From: an uncultured virus (IMG/VR IMGVR_UViG_3300034102_001074)
Taxonomy: Duplodnaviria > Heunggongvirae > Uroviricota > Caudoviricetes
IMG/VR virus record: IMGVR_UViG_3300034102_001074
Direction: 5' to 3' (one strand)
Length of the DNA: 64,000 nucleotides
This document shows, one piece after another, positions 30,277 through 41,000 of this stretch. The position numbers were made by a program, and so were the translations under genes. The notes beneath the pieces are model-generated. The model had not been told where the DNA came from and did no database searches. It worked only from the letters and a program-made list of their open reading frames with translations. Within the stretch, counting starts at the first letter, position 1. Each line of letters begins with the position of its first letter.

Positions 30277-33200
30277 TTACAACATCTCTCTTAACTCAAC
30301 CGACATAGAAATATCGTCTGGTGTAGCGGTGTAGTTTATTCTAGATAAAATATATGTTTTATCTCCATCTTGTTCCACGCAATATCCTCTAGACTTATAA
30401 AATACCTTTACTTTATCTCCAAGTTGAAGTAGTGGGTTTGGAAAAATCTCAGCCGTAATAACAACTTTTTCTTTTGATGCTTTTTTGGCTACCCAATTTG
30501 CTAGCTTTTTAGCCATGTTAATTCCAGATATATATGTTCCAGAAATATTGTAAGACTGCTCACCATAGAGTTTCCTATTAATTTCTAGCTCTTGATTTTT
30601 TCTTTCTTCAATATCTAATGAATTAATATAGTCATCAATTCTTACTTCTCCTCCACCTAACTTGTCTAAAAGAATTCCACTTATATATACTGGTACAGAA
30701 CTTCCAGAGTCAATTCTTACCGTTGCACCTGCAGTACAATAAATCCAAAACTCTCCTCCAAATGAAGTATACTTAAAGTCTTTAACCAAATAATCTGGAA
30801 TAATTCTACCAAGTTCTATTAATTGAGCAGAAAATGTTGGATACTGAAATCTTGCTTCAATTTTTCTTGCTTCTCTAACCAAGCAGCCAAAGTCATCATA
30901 GAATAAAGGATAGTTTCCTCCACCGTATGCATCGCTTACAGAAGATGTAATTACTCCACGATCAATTGCTTGATCGAAAGAATACGGAACTGGGGCAGAA
31001 AGGATTGGGTGATTTATTCCAATGTCTACACCTTCTACTGTTGCGATTGCATAAAAGTATTCAAAAATTGCTGCGGAGTCATCTCTAACAAACATAGATA
31101 CATCTTGTCTTGGAGGAATATACCCTGCTTCTCCAACTTTAGCATCGTCAATTGCAGTAAACACTAATATGTCTTCAAAATAAACGTCAAAGGCTCTGTA
31201 AGATGTTGACTCGTATGTAACTATATCTAAACTAAATGTTGTTCTCCATCCATCAGAGTCTGACAAGGCAGTATAAGCTGGAAGAACTCCTTCTTCTCCA
31301 AATTTTGCAGCATTAACTCTAGCAAATCCAACGCCAAGCAATGTTGGTGTTCTATCACTACCTGTAACTTTATAAAATTTAATATTGTTACTTTCTGGCT
31401 TATCTGCTTCAAATGCATCTCCAGAAGTAGAAACTTCAAGGAAGTATCCGTTTGTTCCACTTGTGGTTGAAGAATTGTAAAGACCTATTCCAGCAAAAGT
31501 TGAATTAGAAGATGACTCAAGTATTCTCATTTTTGCACCAACTCTTGTTGGATTAAATCCTGCTGACTGTTTAAATCCTGTTAAAAATTGTTGACCTGCA
31601 TCTCTAATAATAATTTGATCACTTGGTGGTAAATTTAGCGTTGAAGAAGATGTAGCATTAGACGGTGGTCCAATTAACTTTGCATAGCCAGCATTACTAG
31701 AAATATACTGATTCACTGAAGAGTCTCCAGTTGAAACTTTTTGTTGAGTAAGTAAATTTAAAGTTGCAGAAATTGTTGTTGGCTGGCTTGAAGAATACAG
31801 CTTTGTTGCAAATGCATTCCACGAAACGGCATTACCAACAGATGCAACATGTTCAGAAACTCTTGTATCATTAAATCCTCTACCAGTTCTTGAAACTGTA
31901 TATTTATATTTTTCATTAGTAAGTCCTGGGTCTGAAACCACAGACATTTCTAAGTCAACAATAAGTCCAACTGGAATAAAGTCTGCTCCTGATGGTGCCT
32001 TTAAAATATCTGTTAATTTTTCTTCTTCTGAAAAATAAATAATCAGGTCTGTTGAATACCCTCTTCTTGAAACCTTGTATAAAACTCCATTAAATTTAAC
32101 CGTTTCGTCATCAATCACAACGTAGCCGTTATACTTTCTGTGGAAAGAAGATGTTAAAGTATCTTCTGCCATAAAAATTGTCAAGTCTTTCTTTTGATTT
32201 TCAGTAAGACTGGCATAGGCTTCTCTTATTGCTTGAAGTTCTGTGTCTGCCTCATATTGAATTTTTGTACCACTACTACTAAAATAACTTAATCCATTCG
32301 AGCCACCCAAGTTTCTTTGTAGTGATCCAACACCCAAATATGAATCTAAGTCTGTATTGGCTGGCTGCCAAACAATATGAGGAACAAAGGATAAATTTCT
32401 ATTTAAATTTACTTCACTAAATCCAGTCAATTTAGTAACATTGGTAATATCTGTTTCGTCTCCTCTTTGCAGTGCTTCTTTTACTAAATTAAGTGGCTTT
32501 TTTTCTATACCAAGATGATCATAAGCTACTTCACCTGAAGTAATTGGTGGAATTATTGAATCTTCAAAACTTTCAATATTACTTATGTATTTGTTGTTTA
32601 AATAGGCATATTCTGCGTCTCCAGAAGATAACTCTCCAATGTCTCCGACAAGCCAATAGTCATGTAGGTTTGTTTTATTTGCTACAGCCTCTTTTGTCAT
32701 TGCAATTAAATTATTAAAACTATCAAAAAATATTGATAGTTGTGTAGACTTAGCAATTTCATTTAACACTTCTGCAACTGATTGTTCTTTTCTGCATCTA
32801 AAAAAGTCAAGGGATATGTCTTCATAATCATACTCTTCCCCTTCTTTACTTTTATAGAATCCAAACTTATTATATCCAGCATTATCTAAAACAATTTTAA
32901 TAATTGCAGATACTTTAATTCCATCTCTTGATGCTAAAAGCATGTCTGGGGCTGGCTTATCTTTTAAGAAACGCATTGAATCTTCTAGTGAAACAGAAAC
33001 TTTCCAGTTTGACTCTTCGTCCCAAGACTCTACATACAGTACTTTAACTGGAACATATTTAGTTGTAGGTCCAGAAGTTATAGCATTTAATATTGTAAAT
33101 TTTACGTTTGGCTTTAATATGTCATCTAATATAGAGTTCATGTTTTTATTGCTAATTAAATTATCTTCATTAAATAGCTCTATTGATCCAGTTGAAGAAA

Positions 33201-34494
33201 CAATAGATCCAACTGGTAGTCCAAGAGAAGCATCTCCAATAGTAGTATCAACAGAAAATGATTCTGTATATCCAGTAAAATCAACTACTAGTCTTGGGGA
33301 AATTTCAATAATATCTAAAGTTGCACCTTCTTTTGACATTGTTTGTGCAGAAAATCTAACTGCAGTAATTAGCTCAACGTCTAGACCAGTTATTCCATCA
33401 TTTGGAATATTAAAAGATGTTAGTGCATTTTCTTCTTCAACTGCACCTGCTAAAGACCATGACATTGATCCACTGACTTTTTTACCAGTTATTCTAACTA
33501 TGCCATCAGATAGCGATGGTGTGTCTACAAACTTAATACTTGCAGCAGCAAGGTTTCCAGTGAGGTTTTTATCTAGCACAACAAGACCATCTTGTTTTAC
33601 TTCTGCTACATAAGTTTCTGTTGGAACATTTGTTGTTGACCCAACCTGTACAACTCTCATTCCAACATAGATTCCTGAACTGTCTGTTAGTGTTATGTTT
33701 TTTGAACCACTTGTTCCAGTAACTGTTTTAGTTTTAGCCACCGCAAGACGAGTGTCATCATCTTCTGAATAGATTGTTGACCAAGTTGTTGATCCAGATT
33801 TTAAAACCTGAATAGTAAAATTTTTAGCATATCCATTTACAGTTTGAGTTTTAATAGTAATCTTGTTTGTTTTTAAGGGTCCTTTCTCAACTACATCATA
33901 AACAATAAATGCATTATTTCCTTTCATTTTAAAATCTGATCCAGATTTTCCAATAAGTTCATGAGTAATAGCTGGTGTATTTTCATTAGCAACTGCAGAG
34001 TTTGGCTTACAGTATCTAAAAGAATTCCAATACTTAAATCCTTGACTATCTGAAAGAGGGTATAGCCTTACTGGAGATTGTAAAACATTATAAGATTTTA
34101 CTGTTTTTGAATCTTCAATAATTATTGAAGATGTTTGAGATCCAATTCCATAAATAATTCCAGGATCAGGTCTGTCTGCTTCAACTACATTATATAGACT
34201 ACAAAGCTTTTTAACAGTCTTTTCTTCTCTTGATATAGATGAGTCATCTACTCTTACTACAGTATAAAACCCTCCGTTATCCCATCCACCTACATCTGTT
34301 GTAACAAATGTTTTTGAGTATGTTGGGTCGTTAGATCCACTTGACTTAGCATCAATATATACTGGATATGATCCAACATAGTTAATTTTATAATATGAGT
34401 TATGGTTCCATTCTGCTAAAATTTTATGTTTTGAAGATATTGTAGATTCGTTTTTATAAATTGAATCGATTGCTGTTAGTCCTGTAGTTAGCAT
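30277..34494 (-). CDS. Tail tip/baseplate hub-like protein (1405 aa)
   Basis: Second gene after the tape measure; C-terminal FPNPLLQLGDKV hub-type motif. Confidence 0.75.
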   Translation of the reverse strand: MLTTGLTAIDSIYKNESTISSKHKILAEWNHNSYYKINYVGSYPVYIDAKSSGSNDPTYSKTFVTTDVGGWDNGGFYTVVRVDDSSISREEKTVKKLCSLYNVVEADRPDPGIIYGIGSQTSSIIIEDSKTVKSYNVLQSPVRLYPLSDSQGFKYWNSFRYCKPNSAVANENTPAITHELIGKSGSDFKMKGNNAFIVYDVVEKGPLKTNKITIKTQTVNGYAKNFTIQVLKSGSTTWSTIYSEDDDTRLAVAKTKTVTGTSGSKNITLTDSSGIYVGMRVVQVGSTTNVPTETYVAEVKQDGLVVLDKNLTGNLAAASIKFVDTPSLSDGIVRITGKKVSGSMSWSLAGAVEEENALTSFNIPNDGITGLDVELITAVRFSAQTMSKEGATLDIIEISPRLVVDFTGYTESFSVDTTIGDASLGLPVGSIVSSTGSIELFNEDNLISNKNMNSILDDILKPNVKFTILNAITSGPTTKYVPVKVLYVESWDEESNWKVSVSLEDSMRFLKDKPAPDMLLASRDGIKVSAIIKIVLDNAGYNKFGFYKSKEGEEYDYEDISLDFFRCRKEQSVAEVLNEIAKSTQLSIFFDSFNNLIAMTKEAVANKTNLHDYWLVGDIGELSSGDAEYAYLNNKYISNIESFEDSIIPPITSGEVAYDHLGIEKKPLNLVKEALQRGDETDITNVTKLTGFSEVNLNRNLSFVPHIVWQPANTDLDSYLGVGSLQRNLGGSNGLSYFSSSGTKIQYEADTELQAIREAYASLTENQKKDLTIFMAEDTLTSSFHRKYNGYVVIDDETVKFNGVLYKVSRRGYSTDLIIYFSEEEKLTDILKAPSGADFIPVGLIVDLEMSVVSDPGLTNEKYKYTVSRTGRGFNDTRVSEHVASVGNAVSWNAFATKLYSSSQPTTISATLNLLTQQKVSTGDSSVNQYISSNAGYAKLIGPPSNATSSSTLNLPPSDQIIIRDAGQQFLTGFKQSAGFNPTRVGAKMRILESSSNSTFAGIGLYNSSTTSGTNGYFLEVSTSGDAFEADKPESNNIKFYKVTGSDRTPTLLGVGFARVNAAKFGEEGVLPAYTALSDSDGWRTTFSLDIVTYESTSYRAFDVYFEDILVFTAIDDAKVGEAGYIPPRQDVSMFVRDDSAAIFEYFYAIATVEGVDIGINHPILSAPVPYSFDQAIDRGVITSSVSDAYGGGNYPLFYDDFGCLVREARKIEARFQYPTFSAQLIELGRIIPDYLVKDFKYTSFGGEFWIYCTAGATVRIDSGSSVPVYISGILLDKLGGGEVRIDDYINSLDIEERKNQELEINRKLYGEQSYNISGTYISGINMAKKLANWVAKKASKEKVVITAEIFPNPLLQLGDKVKVFYKSRGYCVEQDGDKTYILSRINYTATPDDISMSVELREML

Positions 34495-35045
34495 TAGACT
34501 TCCACCAAGCTAATAGACACATCCCATAAATCATTATGTTGCCCTCTTTTTACAATAGAAAAATCAAAATCGTCAAAGAAAACATTGTACTTTTCAACAT
34601 TAGTTACTGAGTTTCCTGTCACTGATGCGTCATATACTAATAGCATCCAAAAATCTGAAAAGTTTGCTTCGTACCAAGCTTTAATGTCTTGACCAGCACC
34701 AAAACCATCTGAAGTAATTTTATTTGAAAGACCATCTGAAACTGCTGGAGTTGGTCTTGTTTTTCTAGAAGGAAGAGATTCCCAAGAAGTACTAAAGGTC
34801 ATCTTGTCTGCAATATGAACAGAACGCATTGTTCCATCAATCATTCTTCTCTTAGACTCAAGTCTTTGTGGTACTACTGATAAAGAAGACCTATTGTCGT
34901 CAGTTAAATATAGCACTTGTCCAGAACCAAAGTCCCATAATCCGTTTGGAACACCACTAGTTAATTGTGCAACTGGGTTAGATGTAGAAAATATAATCAA
35001 TGATGGCTTTGAGTATGCTCTACTTAATAGTGCTGGATCTGCCAT
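34494..35045 (-). CDS. Distal tail protein-like
   Basis: Directly downstream of the tape measure; RMIDGTMR...W..LP...WDVSISLVEV. Confidence 0.65.
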   Translation of the reverse strand: MADPALLSRAYSKPSLIIFSTSNPVAQLTSGVPNGLWDFGSGQVLYLTDDNRSSLSVVPQRLESKRRMIDGTMRSVHIADKMTFSTSWESLPSRKTRPTPAVSDGLSNKITSDGFGAGQDIKAWYEANFSDFWMLLVYDASVTGNSVTNVEKYNVFFDDFDFSIVKRGQHNDLWDVSISLVEV

Positions 35046-38000
35046 TAGCTACTCCTCCCAAAACTTCTTCTATCTTCTTCTCTGCTAATAGCAGTAACAA
35101 TTTTTTGTGCAATCTTATTTGGATCCATTGAAGGACCAGATGCATCAACGCTAATGTTGTAGGTGTTACTGCTAGATACCATTGTACCACTATCTATTGG
35201 AGAAATGCCAGATATTGATGGCATACCAAACTTTAACTCTGCAATTCCATCTTTTAATTGTTGAGTAAGCGGTTTTGTTAATACAATTTCTCCCTTGTGA
35301 AGATTAGCAAGACCATCTGACATTGTTTCTCCACCAATTCTCATTCCTGGAGGATTTTCTCCATTCTTAAGGGCAGACCATTCAAAGTGCAAGTGTGGAC
35401 CAGTTGAGTTTCCTGAGTTTCCAGAGTATCCAATTAGATCTCCAGCACTTACGGATCCATCTTTTCCAAATTCATTTAGGTGAGCGTATAAAGACTCTGT
35501 TCCGTCCGAATGTTTAATTGTTACAAATCTTCCAAAAGAAGAATTTCCTCTATTTCTTTGACTTGCAGTTCCTGAAGCCATTGCATACACTGGAGTTCCT
35601 GTTGGAGTTTTATAGTCAATAGCTGTTGCGTATCTTGCACTATGCTGTTTTCCACTTGGATATAAACCTCTTGCACTAATTGGAAAAGCTTGTCTAAGAA
35701 TTTTTGCAACTGCTCCAAGTTTTTCTGGAATAGATGATGGAAGACCAGATCCTCCACCGTCATTATTTTCTGGCTCCTCATTAATGCTTTCTGAAGCTTT
35801 TTGAACAAGTGCATTTGCTATTGTTGTTGCACCAATTCTTTGCCCCATAGATCCAGTTATTGCTCCAGCTGAAGCAATTGCAACTCCTCCAACACGATCC
35901 CCATTATTAATTTTATCTAAAGTTCCCTTGCCAATTCTTTTTACAGAATCTGCCTTAACCACATATTCTCCATTTGAAAGACGTGCTGGAATAGAGTCCG
36001 AAGTTGAAGTTCCTGGACCAGAAACATAGCCACCATCTGCATAGGTTCCAGTTCCATCTTTTGCTGCTGGATTATTTTTTCCTGCTTTAGGCAAACTATT
36101 TTCAATTAACTCTTTTAAGCTTGTAGGATCTAAATCAAATTCTTTAGCTGCTGCATCTATTTGTTGATTAAATACTCCAGAAAATCCACTAGTAAATCCT
36201 TCTGCAAGCCCCTTCATAATTGCTTGAGACTCTGCTGGCATGTTTGAAGCAACAGTAGTTATAGCTGTAGCATATTCAGAAAGGTCTTTTCCAAGTTTTT
36301 CTCCAACTGGTGTATTTATAAAATCTTCTAGAGCAGATTTTGCTGAGTTAAACTTATTTAGCTCGTCAGCCTTGTTTTTTTGAATTTGAATAGATTCTTT
36401 ATTTAATGCCTCCATTCTATTGTCGTGACGCTCAGATTCCTTATCCATTAGCTCCTGGTTAGCATCTAATTGATCTTGTAGTGTTTGAGTTTCAGCATCT
36501 GCTTTTTCTTTAATACTATCAATAGTTTTTTCAATATCAGTAACTCTTGCGTCAGTAAGGTCTTCAATTTTTTTAATTTCACTTTGTTGAGCATTTTCTT
36601 GTGCAGAACTTGCCATTTCATCTCTTGCTTGAAGGAAACCAATAACATCTCCACTAGCCAATGCATTAAGACCTCCAAGTGCAGTTTGTCCCTGACTAGC
36701 TAAGAAAGAAGATTCTTCTTTTTGTGATTCAAGAGCCTTTAAGTATTTTTCTGAGCTTTCTTCAATAGCATCTATTTCTTTTTCTTTTGATTTTATTTGC
36801 TCGTCTGCAGCTCTTTGAATTCCTTTAATTTCTTTTTGAATAGCCTTATTTCTTTTTTCCATATTTTTTTGGAAATTTTTAGTTCTTTCATTTTCTGATT
36901 CTTGTGCAGATTCATTATTTGCAATCAATTGATCGTAGTAGGCTGTTCTTGTCTGGATTTCAGCATCGATCACACTTATTGCTTCTTGGACGTTAGAATT
37001 AATTTCAATATCGATTCTTTTTTGTGTTTCTACTGCAGCAATTTGTTGTTGTAGACCAAATGCTTCATCTTTTGAGTTCTTTAAATCTGCAATCAACTGA
37101 GTTAAATCAATGTTCATAGCTTCTGCTTGTAAAAGCAGCATTTGATTTTTTATTCCTTCTGCTTCAGAGTCAGCTGACACCAATGCATCTTTTAATGTTA
37201 AAACAAATTTTGAATCGTCTGCATATCCAAGCTCTTTAGCTTTATCTAAATTAGCTTGCTGCAAGGCTTGTGTTGTTTTTCCTATATTAGTTCCTGTTTC
37301 TTCTGCATTTGCATAAACCTGGTCTACTGTTGTTGAAAGCATATTAAAACCTTTAATTACATCTGGAGATGTAAGTGCTGCATTTAATGCCCCAGTTATT
37401 TGACCAGTTAAGTTTTTAAAATCTTCTTCTCCAGATAGTTTTGTCATTTCTGGCTGTGGTGCCACAGGTATTGGTATTGGTTGTTCCCCAAGAGGAAGGG
37501 TATTAGCGTCATTAAGCAGTGCGTTCTGAACTGCGGTTTTGCTTGAAACTTGCATAAACAAATTATCAATATTTAAAGTTACAGCTTCTTCAACTAGCTT
37601 TGTAGCATTAATTTCTGTTGCTCTTTGATCTACATTTCCATTTTTATCTAAAACTGTTGCAGAATCCATTTGTCCTTGAATTGATCTTAAGGAATCCATT
37701 TTTCCACTTGCTTGAGCAAGAACTGCAAGAATTTGTTGAGCTTGATCTGCGGTAAATCCTTGCTGCAACATTCTTCCATATTGACCAAGATAAATTGCTG
37801 CAGGATCTTCAGAATTTTTTAATTGCTCAACAATCTTTTGATTTTCTTCTTGCTGTAAAACTGTTTCTTTAAGTGCTGGATCAACTGCTGCAGCAGATGC
37901 TCCCTTTGAGAATCCCATTTCTTTTGCAAGTTTAATATTTTCTTGCATTGCTGCATTAACGGATTTTAGTTCAATACCAAAATATTGTGCTGCGTTTGTT

Positions 38001-41000
38001 TGACTTGCGTACAGTGCTTCTCCTGCTTTACGAGCATTAATAAGAGACTGTTGATACTTGTTATATGCAACTGTTAGAACGGCAAGACCTGCCATAATTC
38101 CAATTGTCAGAGGTCCTCCAATTGCAAGAGCACCTAATGCACCTCTTGCAAGCATTCCACCCTTACCAGCACCAAGTGCTTTGTTTGCCAATCCACCCAT
38201 AACTCTTCCAGCACCAGCTTTTTCTTTTTGTGCTGCAAAAGCTCTATTTTCAATTCCCTTTTTATCAAATTTTCCGTCTAAACTTCCACCACTAATTCCA
38301 TACCCAACACCAGTTCTAAGAGCTTTTGCTTTTCCACTAATTCCCATTCCTCCACCACTAATTCCACGAACCTGCATAATAGTGGTTAATACAGAAAGAG
38401 CAGTCATTGCTGTCATTATTGTATTTGTAAATTTAGATAATGCTTCATTAGTTCCAGTAATTGCAGGAAGCATAAATGCTCCAGTCATTGCTAGACCACC
38501 AATTGCACCTGCTTTGTGACCCATTGCAGCTTTTCTTTGAGCCTTAATATCGGTTCCATCATTTATACCATTTTCAGCAAGCTCAACAAATTTTCTATCT
38601 GCTACTGTTTCTGTGCTATCTATTACTACACTTCTTCCACCACGCTGATGCTTTCCTACAGACTTTTTAGTAGCAGGTCTTCCAGTTTTTGCGTCTACTG
38701 CTTTTGGTGAAGATGGGCTTTTACCCTTTGCAGTTCCTGTAAACGCTTCATCATATCTTGGATCGTTCTTTCCAACAATTCCCTTTTTTGGAGAATATAC
38801 TGGCTCAGTGCCATTTAATGCATTTGTTGCTCTGATCCAGTCTAAAGTTTTTGTTCCAGACAAAGAGCCATTAGACTCTAAAATTGCTAATGCTGATAAG
38901 AATCTTTCTCTTCCCTTTCCTGATGTTGGATGATTTCCAGAAAGAATTGATTTAATTTGACCAGGTGTTGCTCCAGCCTCTCTCAATGCAGATTCAAAAG
39001 CTGAAGTATTTGGTCCACCTCTTGTAAGGTATTCAAAAGCTAGGTTTTCTGCTTGTGGCATCCAGGAAAGATTTTTAGGTCTCCAAACCTTGTACTCTTC
39101 TCCATCTTTTCCAATTATTGTTTCTTTTGATAAATGAGCAGCTTCAACTCTAGAAAGTTTTTCAATTTCAGAATCGCTAAATCCTTTTGCTTGCAATCTT
39201 TCTCTGATTGCTGTTTCCATTGAGTTTATTTGTTTTTGTTGCTCAGCTCTAATCTTTGCAATTTCAGATGGTCTGCCAGTTCCAGTTAAAGATCTTCCTG
39301 GTCTTCTTGTAAGTCTTCCTTCTCTATTTGCTAATTTTGGAAGTTTTTTACCAAGATCTGATAATAGATCGTCTGTAATAACATCTCTTCTGCCTAATCC
39401 AGTTCCTGTTTTTAATTTTTCTGTTAAGGCTTGTACGACAATCTTTGCATCATCTTTATTGTCAATACGGCTAAGTGTATTAGTTATCCAGTCATCAATT
39501 GATGCTTGGCTTCCAGGCATTACATTTGATGCAACAAGTTTTTCAAGTGCTTTATATCCAGGAACTTTTCCGCCTTCAATAAGCTTTATAAATCCACCGT
39601 TTGAATAAGCCCATGGCATTCCACCAGTTCCAACCGCATGACCTTTTTGTCTAGCTTTTTCTACAGCTTCTGCTTGCTTCTTTGCAAGTGCTGCAGCGGT
39701 TGGAGACTTAGCAATAGTAGGGCTTAATCCAGTATGATGTGCATGAAGTGATTTCCAATCAATATTTCTTGCCTCTTCTAAGTCAGTGACAATTCTTTCA
39801 TACATCTTTCTTTCTTGTGGAGTAAGATCTGGTAAATTATCAATTGCACCTCTTGTTCTTCCCATAGCATCATCAATTTTTGCCATAAACATATCTTCAT
39901 ATTGTTGTGGAGACATTGATCTTGCAATATCACCAGTTGATTCAGCAAACCATTTTTTAGCTCCACCCTTTTTAGCAAGAAAATTAATTAGTGCTTGCTC
40001 TGATACTGGAACCTGATCTCCGCCAACTGTTCTTGGTTGCGATGCTCTATTTGCAACAAATGCTGCACCCACATCTGAAACTACATTTCCATGTAAGTTG
40101 TCTGGCTGAAGATCACTGTCTCTTCTGATAATAGATGCTAATGCTTGAGCAGCAAAATCTTCTGGGTCAACCTTACCGCTTGATTTAGCAAATGCTTCGT
40201 CATAAGGAGACCTTACAGCAAACATTAGTTCTCCAGTTTGAGGATGTGCAATTTTTATAACTTCTTGATCTGGAGTCTTTAATCCAAAGATATCTCTTGT
40301 TAGCTGTGCTCCTCTTGCTTCTGCAAGTGCAGAGTCTGAGTCAGTGTGACCCTTTACAACGTATCTCTTTCCATTAATTTCATAGACACCATTTACTCCT
40401 GGAATTGCGGAGCTAAATCCTCCCATACGATCAACTCTGGTGCCGATAGGTGTAACTTCCATTGAAGCAAATCTTCCAGTTCTTGCTTCTTGGTCTGAAT
40501 TCTTTAAAAGACCTCTAACATTTCCAATTTTTTCTGAAAATTTTTCTGGCATACCAAGAAATAGAGGTTTGCCTCCACCACGAATAAGTCCAATTGGTCC
40601 ACCGTTCTGGAATCTAGGTGCTTGTTTAAAATTAATATGTTCTAGTAATGGACCAAACTTTTCTGTAGCTTTTTTATTTACAACAAATTCTCCAGGCTCA
40701 AGAAGTGCAGGTACCTTATCTCCATTTCCACTTCCAGGAACATAAGGCTGACCTCCCATTGCAAGTTTGGCTTTCTTTCCTTTGCCTTTTGCTGCTCTAC
40801 CAGGTGTTGTTCCTGGCATAAATAATTGATTACTTAATGTAACTTCTTCTCTTAAATTTGCAAGGTACGCTTCCATGGTTAGATTTAATTTGTCAAGAGA
40901 TGATCTTTGATTATTATAAGCACTTGAAAGTACATCTGATGCTTTAGATGCTGCAAGTTGCGTGTCGTCTAATACTTCAAATTTTTCTGTTCTTAGTCCT

